25,807 nucleotides of DNA, from NCBI GenBank assembly GCA_016215335.1, contig JACRKE010000031.1:1-25807 (forward strand). The letters are read 5' to 3'. Below, piece after piece: positions 13,795 to 23,434 of this stretch. The position numbers were made by a program, and so were the translations under genes. This stretch comes from Candidatus Vogelbacteria bacterium. GTDB lineage: Bacteria; Patescibacteriota; Minisyncoccia; Phycocordibacterales; JACRKE01. Every line of letters starts with the position of its first letter. Position 1 is the stretch's first letter. The notes under the pieces were generated by a model. It saw nothing but the letters and a program-made list of their open reading frames with translations. It made no database searches and was not told the DNA's origin.

Positions 13795-15501
13795 ATGCCG
13801 GATTACACAGTTACAATACCCTTCGCACTTTCACTTATTAATATAGTTTTGGGTATTTTCATTTTGTATGGCAGACGAGACTGGTCCACGCGTGTTTACG
13901 CTTTATTCGTCGTCTTCGTGGCTCTGTGGTGTTTCTCTATAGGGATGATTTTCTATTTGGAATCCAGTCCGCTCGTAATGTTTGCCATAAACCTGAACTA
14001 CATAAGCGCCGTGGGTACGGTCCTTCTGTTCCTCATCTTTACTAAACTTTTTCCACGTAAAACATGGAATCTAAAAACAATTTCAATCGTATCACTGCCG
14101 ATTTTTTTAATAGCGGCGCTCATACTACTTGATCCCAGCTTGATTATAAAGTCTTTTGTTTCGCGTACCGATTTTAGGATAGAGTATATGACATATGCCA
14201 TATACACGTTTGTTGTGTACACATATATTCTGTCCGCCTTTTACTCCCTTTACAGCTCATATCGCGAGAGCAAAGACTATACGGAGAAAAGTCAAACCAT
14301 CGTGGTTGCTCTTGGAACCACTTGCGGCTATCTCGTACTTCTTATTCCGAATATAATCCTGCCTTGGTTTCTTGACTATTCATACATCTGGATCGGACCC
14401 ATTGCCAGTTTGACAATGACGACTGCCATCGGTTACGCAATGAGTAAACACCATCTGTTTGACATTAAAGTCATAGCGACTGAACTGTTTACGTTCCTGC
14501 TTTGGCTCATTTTGCTCATAAGAGTATTGACGTCCGATAGCTATGGAGATGCGCTGGTGAACGGTTTGATATTAGTATTCGCAATATTCTTCGGCATACT
14601 GCTTATTAAGAGTGTGATAAGAGAGGTGAAGAACAGGGAGAAGATTGAAGGTCTGGCCACCGAGCTTGCGGTGGCGAATGATGAACTGAACTCGGCCAAT
14701 GTGCGCCTGAAAGGACTTGATAAACAAAAATCCGAATTTGTTTCCATAGCATCTCATCAGTTGAGAAGTCCTCTTACCGCGATTAAAGGATACGTTTCCA
14801 TGTTACTCGAAGGAACGCCGTCATACGGAGATTTGAAGGCAGGCAAGATTACCGAAGCCGGTTATGAAGCTCTGGATCGAGTCTTTAAGTCAGCAAATGC
14901 GCTTGTTCTTATTATAGAAGACCTTTTGAATATTTCGAGGATAGAGCAGGGTAGAATGCAGTACACAATGACTGACTTTAATCTTCGGGATATGGTCAAA
15001 GAGATCGCGGACAATATGACTATTGTTGCCCGTGAGCACAAACTTGATCTCACATTCGGTTCAAACGACGATGGCAATTATACGGTGAATGCGGACTCGG
15101 GAAAGATAAGGCAGGTCATTGGAAATATTATAGACAATTCAATCAAATACACACCAAGTGGTTCTGTGAAGATATCCTTACACCACAGCGACGAAGGCTC
15201 TGTTGTGGTCGCGGTAAAAGATACCGGAATCGGCATACCGGCTAGTGTAATTGGAACGTTATTCCAGAAATTCACTCGTTCGGAGGGAGCCGGCAAAGTA
15301 AATGTTACAGGCACAGGCATAGGCCTTTACATCGCTCAAGAAATTATGAAAGCTCACGGTGGCAAAATTTGGATCGAGTCGCCCGGCGAAGGAAAAGGGT
15401 CCACATTCTTTATTGAGTTTATAAAACAAAAAACACAAATGACAGAAAACACAAAAACCACACAAAGCACCAATGTCCAAAGCTCAGACAAATTTGTTTA
15501 A
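13795..15501 (+). CDS. Sensor histidine kinase with an N-terminal multi-pass (about 8-9 TM) membrane sensor domain.
   Basis: HisKA H-box 'SIASHQLRSPLTAIKGY'. HATPase_c N/G boxes 'IGNIIDNSIKYT', 'DTGIGI' and 'GTGIGLYIAQ'. The first ~250 aa consist of consecutive hydrophobic helices. No response regulator is encoded adjacent to it. Confidence 0.8.
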   Translation: MPDYTVTIPFALSLINIVLGIFILYGRRDWSTRVYALFVVFVALWCFSIGMIFYLESSPLVMFAINLNYISAVGTVLLFLIFTKLFPRKTWNLKTISIVSLPIFLIAALILLDPSLIIKSFVSRTDFRIEYMTYAIYTFVVYTYILSAFYSLYSSYRESKDYTEKSQTIVVALGTTCGYLVLLIPNIILPWFLDYSYIWIGPIASLTMTTAIGYAMSKHHLFDIKVIATELFTFLLWLILLIRVLTSDSYGDALVNGLILVFAIFFGILLIKSVIREVKNREKIEGLATELAVANDELNSANVRLKGLDKQKSEFVSIASHQLRSPLTAIKGYVSMLLEGTPSYGDLKAGKITEAGYEALDRVFKSANALVLIIEDLLNISRIEQGRMQYTMTDFNLRDMVKEIADNMTIVAREHKLDLTFGSNDDGNYTVNADSGKIRQVIGNIIDNSIKYTPSGSVKISLHHSDEGSVVVAVKDTGIGIPASVIGTLFQKFTRSEGAGKVNVTGTGIGLYIAQEIMKAHGGKIWIESPGEGKGSTFFIEFIKQKTQMTENTKTTQSTNVQSSDKFV

Positions 15502-15553
15502 TAATTTATATTGTTGTTTGGTTTTTGTGCTTTGAGTTTTGTGATTTAAACAT

Positions 15554-15775
15554 ATGTATATCAAAGTGCATGTAATTCCGAAATCTAAGAAAGAGGCTTT
15601 AGAAAAGAAAAGAGAGGATAGCTTTATTGTCCGTGTTCGTGAACCGGCAGAAAGAAATCTCGCCAACGAACGAGTATGCGAGTTGATTGCGAGAGAATTT
15701 AAAGTGCAGAGGTCAAAAGTGAGAATTATAAATGGCCATGTTTCGCCTTCCAAGCTGCTTTCTATTGCGGAGTAG
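15554..15775 (+). CDS. DUF167 (YggU-family) protein.
   Basis: 73 aa. 'IKVHVIPKSKKEAL...FIVRVREPAERNLANERVCELIAREFKVQRSKVRIINGHVSPSKLLSI' parallels E. coli YggU 'LRLYIQPKASRD...[48 protein letters not shown]'. Confidence 0.65.
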   Translation: MYIKVHVIPKSKKEALEKKREDSFIVRVREPAERNLANERVCELIAREFKVQRSKVRIINGHVSPSKLLSIAE

Positions 15776-15847
15776 GACGTGGAGGGTATAATTCTCAAGG
15801 CAGTAGGCAGAATATATAAATTGTCATTATTAGAATCAATAAAACAG

Positions 15848-16237
15848 ATGAAAATCAATGTAAAGTCGCAGAACATGGATATGACTCTGGCAATAAGCGA
15901 TTATCTGAACAAGCGCTTGAATCATGTAAAAAAATTCATGGGCATTACCGATGATGCCGCCATCGTTTACGTTGAGGTCGGCAAGACATCAAAGCACCAC
16001 AAGCAGGGAGATTATTTTCAGGCGGAGGCCCATCTTCACGCTTGGGGCAAAGAGTTTTCGGCAACTTCAAAACAGTCGGATCTATATTCGGCGATAGACG
16101 AAATGAAAGATGAATTAACCAGAGAAGTTAAAGAGTATAAAAACAAAAAAACAGACACGGCTAGAAAAGGGGATAGAAAGATAAAGAGCTTGCTTCTCGA
16201 AGTCAGGGGTGACAAAGAGAAAGAGACTATTGAATAG
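15848..16237 (+). CDS. hpf: Ribosome hibernation-promoting factor / ribosome-associated inhibitor (HPF/RaiA family).
   Basis: From ATG 15848: 'MKINVKSQNMDMTLAISDYLNKRLNHVKKF...AEAHLHAWGKEFSATSKQSDLYSAIDEMKDELTREVKEYKNKK' matches the HPF pattern (M.I.I.G.n.e.T.AL..Y...KL....... ...A...G.......D.Y.AID...D.L.RQL.K.K). The ORF-track start at 15779 is GTG and adds 23 unlikely residues. Confidence 0.7.
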   Translation: MKINVKSQNMDMTLAISDYLNKRLNHVKKFMGITDDAAIVYVEVGKTSKHHKQGDYFQAEAHLHAWGKEFSATSKQSDLYSAIDEMKDELTREVKEYKNKKTDTARKGDRKIKSLLLEVRGDKEKETIE

Positions 16238-16242
16238 CCGGC

Positions 16243-16914
16243 ATGCAATTTTCAAAAAGATTAATAATTTGGGTTGTATTCTTGGCCGTCGTGTCAGGCA
16301 GCTACATGGTTATAAAAATTTTCTCCGATAAGGTCGTATACGAAAGTGAAGTTCGGGCAAAACATATAATGGAGATGAATGACAAAATAGTCGACAGAAT
16401 GACAAACATAAGATGGGAGAGTATGGATAGAGTGCTCTCAGATGTAATCTTTCGTACAAGTAAGGGTGAAATCACCATGGAGTTTATGCCCAATCAAGCA
16501 CCGAACACAGTCGCCAACTTTTTGAAGCTTGTGAAGGATGGTTTTTATAATGGTACAAAATTCCACAGGGTTATAAAGGGTTTTATGATTCAAGGCGGAG
16601 ACCCCATTACAAAGACAGACAACACATATCTATACGGCACCGGAGGCCCCGGCTATACATTCGATGACGAGATAAGCAGCCAAAAATTCAGGCCAGGGAT
16701 AGTTGCAATGGCGAACTCGGGACCAAATACCAATGGCAGTCAGTTTTTTATAGTTACGGGTGATGACGTCACTTGGCTTGAAGGCAAGTACACTATTTTT
16801 GGGAGAGTGATAAAGGGTATGGATGTTGTGCGAGCCATCGAAAACGTAAAGACCGGAGAAAAAGATATGCCGACTGAACCTGTTTTTTTGAACGAAGCGA
16901 CTACACGATATTAA
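16243..16914 (+). CDS. ppi: Cyclophilin-type peptidyl-prolyl cis-trans isomerase with an N-terminal membrane anchor.
   Basis: 'FRTSKGEITMEFMPNQAPNTVANFLKLVKDGFYNGTKFHRVIKGFMIQGGDP' and 'GSQFFIVTGD...LEGKYTIFGRV' are canonical cyclophilin motifs. An N-terminal hydrophobic helix follows the ATG at 16243. Confidence 0.8.
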   Translation: MQFSKRLIIWVVFLAVVSGSYMVIKIFSDKVVYESEVRAKHIMEMNDKIVDRMTNIRWESMDRVLSDVIFRTSKGEITMEFMPNQAPNTVANFLKLVKDGFYNGTKFHRVIKGFMIQGGDPITKTDNTYLYGTGGPGYTFDDEISSQKFRPGIVAMANSGPNTNGSQFFIVTGDDVTWLEGKYTIFGRVIKGMDVVRAIENVKTGEKDMPTEPVFLNEATTRY

Positions 16915-17789
16915 AGGAACCCTCGAAGAAAATCTTCAAAGGACATCTCCTTTTTGCCTTCCGGCCTGACTAGAGTCGGCGTGAATCTCTTTTGTTCCAT
17001 TATCGCCTTTAAAATCTGAAGTCGGATCTCCTTCCCATTTTTAGATTTTAGTATTGTAAAGGCAATCGGGGTCGGGAAGTACGCGCGGACTTTTCTTTCC
17101 GCTTTCATGTTCACTTCTTCGTCTTCAGATAGACCGAGACAAATTTCCGATTCTATAAATCCATCGGTTTTTTTTATTTTTTGAGTAAAAGTCGCCTTTG
17201 AATCGTCTTGCGGTTCGGCTTGTTCTATCGATTCTTCGAGACTTTCAAATAGTCTCGCCAGCATTTCTCCTCCAAGTTTGGACAGAGTGTTCTCTAGGTC
17301 TTTTGATGTTTCAGTCAGAGTTAGCTCGATTCTGTCCTGGGTCAGCACTTTGCCGTGGTCAATTTGATCGTCAGAGAGAATTATAGAAACTCCAGTCTCC
17401 TTGTCTCCGTTTAGAATCGCGTACTGAATAGGACTGGTCCCCCTGTGTTTAGGTAGGAGTGATTGGTGCGTGATAAGCACACCAAGGCGTGGAATTTGGA
17501 GAATTTCACTTGGAATAATTTTACCGAAATCCGAGACTAAAAAAACGTCCGCATTAAATGTACTTAACTTTTTAACGATGGATGTTAACTTTTCTGCTTG
17601 TAATGCTTCTATGCCATTTTCGTCCGCCCAAACCTTAATAGCCGGTGGAGTAAGCATGAGGTGTCTGCCGCTTGGCGCATCAGGCTTTGTGACGATCATT
17701 TTTGGAACAATTCCGTGATTTTTCAATTCGTTAAGCACACCGACTGCAAATTCTCCAGTACCAAAAAAAATAAAGTTAGTTTTTGACAT
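16911..17789 (-). CDS. fmt: Methionyl-tRNA formyltransferase.
   Basis: 292 aa. The N-terminal 'IFFGTGEFAV' and 'HQSLLPKHRGTSPIQYAILNGDKETGVSI' (SLLP/HRG) motifs are present. It overlaps def by 14 nt, the classic def-fmt arrangement. Its stop overlaps the convergent ppi stop by 4 nt. Confidence 0.85.
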   Translation of the reverse strand: MSKTNFIFFGTGEFAVGVLNELKNHGIVPKMIVTKPDAPSGRHLMLTPPAIKVWADENGIEALQAEKLTSIVKKLSTFNADVFLVSDFGKIIPSEILQIPRLGVLITHQSLLPKHRGTSPIQYAILNGDKETGVSIILSDDQIDHGKVLTQDRIELTLTETSKDLENTLSKLGGEMLARLFESLEESIEQAEPQDDSKATFTQKIKKTDGFIESEICLGLSEDEEVNMKAERKVRAYFPTPIAFTILKSKNGKEIRLQILKAIMEQKRFTPTLVRPEGKKEMSFEDFLRGFL

Positions 17790-18285
17790 TAATTTTTTCT
17801 AGATTAGTTGCTGTGTCTACAAATAGGATTCCATTCAGGTGATCTATTTCGTGCTGAAATATTTGCGCGAGTAGGCCGCTTGCACCTCTTGTAAACTTCT
17901 TACCATCTATATCTTTGGCTGAAATTGTGGCTTTTTCACTTCTTAAGATCTTGCCGAAATAACCGTCAACGCTTAGACACCCCTCGTCAAGGATTGCTTT
18001 AGAAATAGAGAGTTTCTTTATTTTTGGATTTATAAAAACCTTGTCCTCAGGAACATTAGAATCATCATTTTTACGAAAAACTTTTCCCGCCACAACAAAG
18101 ATTCTCTTGGAGACACCAATTTGAGGAGCGGCGATTGCCACACCCTCCTTTTTTGTTGCCAGAATAGAACTCATTTTGTGTATGAGCTCTTTCAGTTTTT
18201 CACTACCGAATTCTTCAGGCAAAACATCATTAGCCTGAAGTCTTAGGACCGACTCATCTCTTTGTACGATTAAATCAGTATTCAT
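17776..18285 (-). CDS. def: Peptide deformylase.
   Basis: 169 aa. Motif 1 'GVAIAAPQIG', motif 2 'EGCLSV', motif 3 'QHEIDHLNG'. Confidence 0.85.
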   Translation of the reverse strand: MNTDLIVQRDESVLRLQANDVLPEEFGSEKLKELIHKMSSILATKKEGVAIAAPQIGVSKRIFVVAGKVFRKNDDSNVPEDKVFINPKIKKLSISKAILDEGCLSVDGYFGKILRSEKATISAKDIDGKKFTRGASGLLAQIFQHEIDHLNGILFVDTATNLEKINVKN

Positions 18286-18332
18286 TTGGAGTATTGAATG
18301 TAGTTAAAGATAGCAAAAAGTGTTGACCCAGT

Positions 18333-20243
18333 CTACAAAATGTTAAGCGGGTCTACTTGTACTGTGTATTCGGGAGGAAGGTTTAAAAGTATTTGCACTA
18401 GATCATCGCGGGGCCATTTATCTTGTTCTATTCTAATTAACATATTCATTTTCTTCTCCCCGCTAGTCGCTTTGGCTATAATGAATGGACTCGGGTTGTA
18501 CTTGCGGAGCATTTGGACGTACTCCTCGAATTCTGCCATCTTTTTTTCTGACGCTGACACAAGACTTATCTTCACGAGGACAATAAAAGGCGGGTAGTTG
18601 AGTTTCCTTCTCTCCTCGAATTCTTGCCTGACCCATTTCGTCAGATCTCCCCTTACGAAACAGCCAAAGATAATATCATCTGCTTTTCTGGTTTGTATAG
18701 CGAGCTCTTTTCCAGCTAGCTTAATTAAACCAAGCAATATGTGTACTATCTTCTCCTTCATTCTAAAATTGGGAACCGAGAAAAGAGAATCTATGGAAGC
18801 CACCATTGTTTTAGGAATTGTATCGTGTAGATAGTAGAGTGCCATCTCTGTTCCAATCAATATTCCATTCTTTGAGACAAAACGTTCTACCAGTTTGTTT
18901 GCTTCATCGTGAGATTTAATATTTGCAGAATCAAGGATTAAAACTTCTGTTCCCGGAAACTCCGCTTTGAGCTCATGCACAACTTTTTCAACTCCGATGC
19001 CAAGCATGGAAAATCTCCAACCTCCGCAGTTTTCACACTTATCTTTTGCTTTCTCGGTGGTGAGACAGTGATGACATCTGTAAGTAAGACTGGTCGCATT
19101 CTCGTCTAACAAGTTTTTTCCCATAAGAGTAAGCGGGGTGTTGCACTTGGAACAGGAAACTATTGTTTCGCAATCTCTGCAGATGGTTATTGAAGCGAGC
19201 CCTTTTCTGGCTGTAAAAATGAACACACACTCTTTTTTTTCTACGGCTAGGCTTATTGTAGAGATTAAGCTATCGCCAACCGCTTTAACTTTAAACTCCT
19301 TCTTCTCTAATTCTTTAACTTTCTTCCTAGCGTCTATTAGATTGATTTTATCTGAACCTTGGATTCTGAACGAAAAATGAGAAAGCTTTGAATATTCACC
19401 ACTCTCGACTTTTGCTATAGATTCCATGCTGAGCAAATCGTCAGCAACTATGTAATCAGCGCCAAGCTCCTCGGACAGAAATCTCGCGAAAATCCTATGA
19501 TCTATAAAGGGTCTACTAATGGTCATGTATGCACTCGAATGTTCAGATTCAACTATTATACAACCGGTATCAAGGCGTGGTATCGAGAGGAAGTAGGGTG
19601 TCATCACAATAACTACCGAGTGTTCCTCCAGGACCGCATTTTTCCAGGCGTTCTTTACTTCGCGATTCGACATGGATCCATGTAGCATAAACGAATATCG
19701 TTCGATGCCTTTTGTTATATTTTTGAAATAGAATTCCACAGCCGATATGGTTGGCAAAAGAATTATCACGGACTGTTTTTTGGCAAATCGTTCTCTAATC
19801 TGTCTTTTGACTAAGGCAAGTCTGCCTGCGGCTTCATCCTGTAGGGCAAACTCTTGTCTTCTACCCGTGATGTTTTTTACTTCATCGTTTAGAGTATAAT
19901 ATTTTTTTGGTGAAGACATTATGAGTCTTGGAACTTGGCAGGAGATAGTCTGGCCTATATGTTGCGCGAAGTATGTCGCGCTACGGATGCACGCTTTTAC
20001 GTAGGCTTCAGAGAGAAACTTTTCTGATTCAAGCTTCCCGATTTTTTTCAACTCAAAACTTTGAGTCTTGAGTTGAATCTTTTGCGATTTGGCATCTTGA
20101 TTTCCAATCACAAATGCGTATATAGTCTTGTTTCTGACAGGTACTTTCAGAATAGAACCGATCGAAACATGATTTGCGCTAAAATACGTAAGTTCGTCTT
20201 TAAATATACCTCTGTCAAGCGGAATTACATTTAGGATAAACAT
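18333..20243 (-). CDS. priA: Primosomal protein N' (PriA) homolog with degenerate helicase ATPase motifs.
   Basis: The Cys-rich zinc-binding region 'CRDCETIVSCSKCNTPLTL...YRCHHCLTTEKAKDKCENCGG' is present. The helicase core aligns with E. coli PriA: 'KQSVIILLPTISAVE' against 'KQALVMVPEIGLTPQ', and 'GCIIVESEHSSAY' against 'GVIVIDEEHDSSY'. The expected Walker A (GxTGSGKT) position reads 'QDEAAGRL', and there is no GK[TS] anywhere in the protein. The likely start is ATG 20243, since the ORF-track start at 20258 is GTG. It lies upstream of def-fmt on the same strand. Confidence 0.7.
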   Translation of the reverse strand: MFILNVIPLDRGIFKDELTYFSANHVSIGSILKVPVRNKTIYAFVIGNQDAKSQKIQLKTQSFELKKIGKLESEKFLSEAYVKACIRSATYFAQHIGQTISCQVPRLIMSSPKKYYTLNDEVKNITGRRQEFALQDEAAGRLALVKRQIRERFAKKQSVIILLPTISAVEFYFKNITKGIERYSFMLHGSMSNREVKNAWKNAVLEEHSVVIVMTPYFLSIPRLDTGCIIVESEHSSAYMTISRPFIDHRIFARFLSEELGADYIVADDLLSMESIAKVESGEYSKLSHFSFRIQGSDKINLIDARKKVKELEKKEFKVKAVGDSLISTISLAVEKKECVFIFTARKGLASITICRDCETIVSCSKCNTPLTLMGKNLLDENATSLTYRCHHCLTTEKAKDKCENCGGWRFSMLGIGVEKVVHELKAEFPGTEVLILDSANIKSHDEANKLVERFVSKNGILIGTEMALYYLHDTIPKTMVASIDSLFSVPNFRMKEKIVHILLGLIKLAGKELAIQTRKADDIIFGCFVRGDLTKWVRQEFEERRKLNYPPFIVLVKISLVSASEKKMAEFEEYVQMLRKYNPSPFIIAKATSGEKKMNMLIRIEQDKWPRDDLVQILLNLPPEYTVQVDPLNIL

Positions 20244-20310
20244 GGGATGATTATACACAAAAATGGCTTAAAGGACCTTTTTCGTGTTTGTAGCTGAATT
20301 TGAAGGTGAG

Positions 20311-21618
20311 ATGTATACTTCAGGTATCATGCACAAGGACAAATTTGTTGTAAAAGGACTAGATGGTAGCAGAAGCTTAAAAGGCAGAATATCCGTAAGC
20401 GGTGCAAAGAACGCTGCGTTGCAAGCCTTCGCCTTTTCTCTGCTTTTTCGAGATACTTTAAGGATTGAGAATGTTCCAGACATAGAGGATACAAAACTGA
20501 TTATAGCCCTACTCCAAAGTTTAAAAGTAAGAATAGACAGAATTGCCGACCATACCTTTGACGTGACGCCACCAAACAAATTAGGAAGCGAAATGTCGCA
20601 TGAACTCTCGAGAAGGATGCGTGCTTCCGTGGTGTTGACCGGTCCCATACTTGCACGCACTGGTAGGGTGATTTTTCCACACCCCGGAGGTTGTGTTATA
20701 GGCAATAGACCGATAGATGTTTTCTTGAACGCATACAAGAAAATGGGGGCTAATTGTAAAGAAAGTGCGGAAAATTACAATATAAAGGCTTATAATAGCA
20801 AGTTGTCTGGCACAGATATTTTTTTGCGGGTACCAAGTGTTACCGGAACACAGACTATTATGATGGCGGCTATTTTAGCCAAAGGTAAGACCGTAATTAA
20901 AAACGCGGCACTCGAACCGGAGACTGAACATTTCGCAAATTTCTTAAATGATTGCGGAGCCAAGATATCAGGTGCGGGCACGTCCGGGATTACCATAATA
21001 GGAGATGGGTTATTAATAGCAGACGGAAAGAGCTATGTGGTTCCGCCGGACAGAGTTGAAGCGGGGAGTTTCTTAATATTAGCGGCTCTTGCCGGCAAAG
21101 ATGTACTTATAGAGAATTGTGATCCAAGCCATATTGAGGCGCTTACCGAGTCACTCAAGGATTCAGGAGTGAATATGGAAATAAAACAAGGCAGCATTAG
21201 AATCAAGTCCACAGACAAAATCTATAAAGCTGTTGAAATAAAGACTCATGAATATCCAGGATTCCCGACTGATCTTCAGGCACCAATGGTTGTATTCTTA
21301 ACACAGGCAGTAGGTGAGTCACTGGTGTTCGAGACAATTTTTGAAGGTCGACTCAATTACACTGAACAACTTACTCGTATGGGAGCCGATATTAAAATGT
21401 GGGATACACATAGGGTTACAACGAAAGGTCCTACTAAACTGCATGGCAAAGAGCTCGAGAGTCCGGACATAAGGGCGGGTCTCGCTTTTCTTCTTGCCGG
21501 TATAATTGCAAAAGGTGAGTCAGTTATACATAATGCCTACTATATAGATCGAGGATACGAAAATATCGAAAAGCGTTTATTGGCCTTAGGAGTTCAAATT
21601 CAACGGATTACAGAATGA
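20311..21618 (+). CDS. murA: UDP-N-acetylglucosamine 1-carboxyvinyltransferase.
   Basis: 'KFVVKGLDGSRSLKGRISVSGAKNAALQA' matches the MurA N-terminus. Active-site Cys lies in 'HPGGCVIGNRPID'. Two EPT-fold halves. The start is ambiguous among GTG 20284, ATG 20311 (GGTGAG 4 nt upstream) and ATG 20332. Confidence 0.85.
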   Translation: MYTSGIMHKDKFVVKGLDGSRSLKGRISVSGAKNAALQAFAFSLLFRDTLRIENVPDIEDTKLIIALLQSLKVRIDRIADHTFDVTPPNKLGSEMSHELSRRMRASVVLTGPILARTGRVIFPHPGGCVIGNRPIDVFLNAYKKMGANCKESAENYNIKAYNSKLSGTDIFLRVPSVTGTQTIMMAAILAKGKTVIKNAALEPETEHFANFLNDCGAKISGAGTSGITIIGDGLLIADGKSYVVPPDRVEAGSFLILAALAGKDVLIENCDPSHIEALTESLKDSGVNMEIKQGSIRIKSTDKIYKAVEIKTHEYPGFPTDLQAPMVVFLTQAVGESLVFETIFEGRLNYTEQLTRMGADIKMWDTHRVTTKGPTKLHGKELESPDIRAGLAFLLAGIIAKGESVIHNAYYIDRGYENIEKRLLALGVQIQRITE

Positions 21619-21623
21619 CTTAA

Positions 21624-22640
21624 ATGATTTTTTTTGCACCAAAAATTGGGATAGATTTAGGAACAGCAAATACGCTTGTTTTTGTACCCGGAAAGGGGAT
21701 TGTCCTCGATGAACCATCTGTTGTTGCGGTTTCGGAATATGGAAATAAGATTCTGGCGGTCGGAGCGGCGGCTAAGGAGATGATTGGCAAGACACCCGAT
21801 GGTATTATTGCATATCGGCCAATGAAGGATGGAGTTATTGCTGATTATAGAGTAACCGAAGCGATGCTCCGTTACTATATATCAAAATCACTCGGTCGAT
21901 GGCATTTCATGAAGCCTGAAGTGATGATATCCGTCCCTGCAGGAATTACCTCAACCGAACGTAGGGCCGTAATAGAAGCGGCGATTAAGGCTGGAGCCAG
22001 AAGCGCGTATGTAGTGAAGGAGCCAGTACTTGCGGCGATAGGAGCCGGTATACCAATTCAAGAAGCGCGTGGGCATATGATTGCCGATATCGGCGGCGGT
22101 ACCACCGACGTGGCGGTGATATCACTTGGAGGTATTGTTGCTTCGACGTCCGTCAAATGTGCTGGCAACAAAATGGATGATGCAATTATGGATTATGTTA
22201 AAAAGACATTTAATCTTGCTATAGGTGACAAGGTCGCGGAAGGTATAAAGATAAAGATTGGATCAGCCACGGTTATCGAAGACGAATTGTCTACCATTAT
22301 AAAGGGCAGAGACATGCTTACAGGATTACCAAGAACATCAAACATAACTTCAAACGAAATTGCTAAAGCGCTTGATAACGAACTTCGTATTATGATAAAG
22401 GCAATGAAGGACGTTCTTGAACTGACACCACCTGAACTAGCAGCCGACATTATAGATCAAGGCATCATAATGACAGGCGGATCTTCACAATTGCGTAATT
22501 TTCCGGAGCTTGTACAGAGGCGCACCGGCGTGAAGGCGGTGCTTGCAGATGAAGCGATTTTTTGCGTTGCAAAAGGGACAGGTGTAGCGCTTGAGCATAT
22601 GGATACTTACAAGCGGAGTATAATGTCGAAAAAGCATTGA
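21624..22640 (+). CDS. mreB: Rod shape-determining actin homolog MreB.
   Basis: 'IGIDLGTANTLVFV' phosphate-1 motif, 'DIGGGTTDVAVISLGG' phosphate-2 and 'IIMTGGSSQLRNF' adenosine motif. 338 aa. Confidence 0.85.
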   Translation: MIFFAPKIGIDLGTANTLVFVPGKGIVLDEPSVVAVSEYGNKILAVGAAAKEMIGKTPDGIIAYRPMKDGVIADYRVTEAMLRYYISKSLGRWHFMKPEVMISVPAGITSTERRAVIEAAIKAGARSAYVVKEPVLAAIGAGIPIQEARGHMIADIGGGTTDVAVISLGGIVASTSVKCAGNKMDDAIMDYVKKTFNLAIGDKVAEGIKIKIGSATVIEDELSTIIKGRDMLTGLPRTSNITSNEIAKALDNELRIMIKAMKDVLELTPPELAADIIDQGIIMTGGSSQLRNFPELVQRRTGVKAVLADEAIFCVAKGTGVALEHMDTYKRSIMSKKH

Positions 22641-22664
22641 TTTATTTAGTGAATCGATTCACGG

Positions 22665-23414
22665 ATGTATTTAAACCAAATGCATAAATCAATCGAACAG
22701 ATTAAAAGTCACCACGAAAGAGGCGAGTTGCATCACGCCTATTTGATTGAAGGTGACGGAGAAGTGTTTCGGGAAGATCTACTTAATTTAATCGAAAAAA
22801 TACTTGAGTCTCCGATCCATGGAAATCCTGATTTTTGGCAACACAAGACCACCTTGTTTGGCATAGACAACAGCCATGAATTGCATACGCGCCAGTCTCG
22901 CATGGCATTCGGGAAGCGAAAATGTTTTTTGATCGAAGCCGGTTCCTTTTCTGTTGATGCCGAGAATGCTCTGCTTAAAACATTGGAGGATCCGACTCCG
23001 TTTAATCATTTTTTTATAATTTTCAGATCCAAGGATTTATTGTTGCCGACCCTGCTCTCGAGAATGTACATTCTCGAGGATGAATCCACTCTGTGGAATA
23101 ATGAAGCAGCCGGATTTTTGGCGAGCGACGTGTCCGAGCGCCTAAAATATATCGAAAAATTTTTCTCAAAAAAGACGAGTTCCACCGAAGAGAAGAGAGA
23201 AATCAAGAGAAGATTTTCCGTTTTTTTGTCGGATATTCTTAAGGAATTGCATAGGCGTATGCCTCTCGATGGGAAAAACTATGAAGTATACACAGCTTTT
23301 AATAAAGTTAAAAAATATGCCGATGATTCCGGCGCTGCGTCCGAGCTCGTTGGAGAGTTTGTTGCGCTCGCGCTTCCGATGATTGATTTCAATACGAATA
23401 AATCTCTGTTATAA
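22665..23414 (+). CDS. holB: DNA polymerase III delta-prime subunit-like clamp-loader protein.
   Basis: Hallmark 'ENALLKTLEDPTPFNHFFII' (NALLKTLEEPP) and 'TLLSRM' (sensor-1/SRC-like) are present. There is no Walker A ('HHAYLIEGDGEV'), as expected for delta-prime. 249 aa. Confidence 0.65.
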   Translation: MYLNQMHKSIEQIKSHHERGELHHAYLIEGDGEVFREDLLNLIEKILESPIHGNPDFWQHKTTLFGIDNSHELHTRQSRMAFGKRKCFLIEAGSFSVDAENALLKTLEDPTPFNHFFIIFRSKDLLLPTLLSRMYILEDESTLWNNEAAGFLASDVSERLKYIEKFFSKKTSSTEEKREIKRRFSVFLSDILKELHRRMPLDGKNYEVYTAFNKVKKYADDSGAASELVGEFVALALPMIDFNTNKSLL

Positions 23415-23434
23415 TTATAAATGAGAGGATATAA

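Noticed and set aside
15440-15553. Apparent inverted repeats (ACAAAAACCA / TGGTTTTTGT, CAAAGCAC / GTGCTTTG) at the 3' end of the histidine kinase gene.
   Set aside because: The complementary blocks occur in crossed order with a ~50-nt loop and overlap the coding A/C-rich tail. This is not a convincing terminator or riboswitch.
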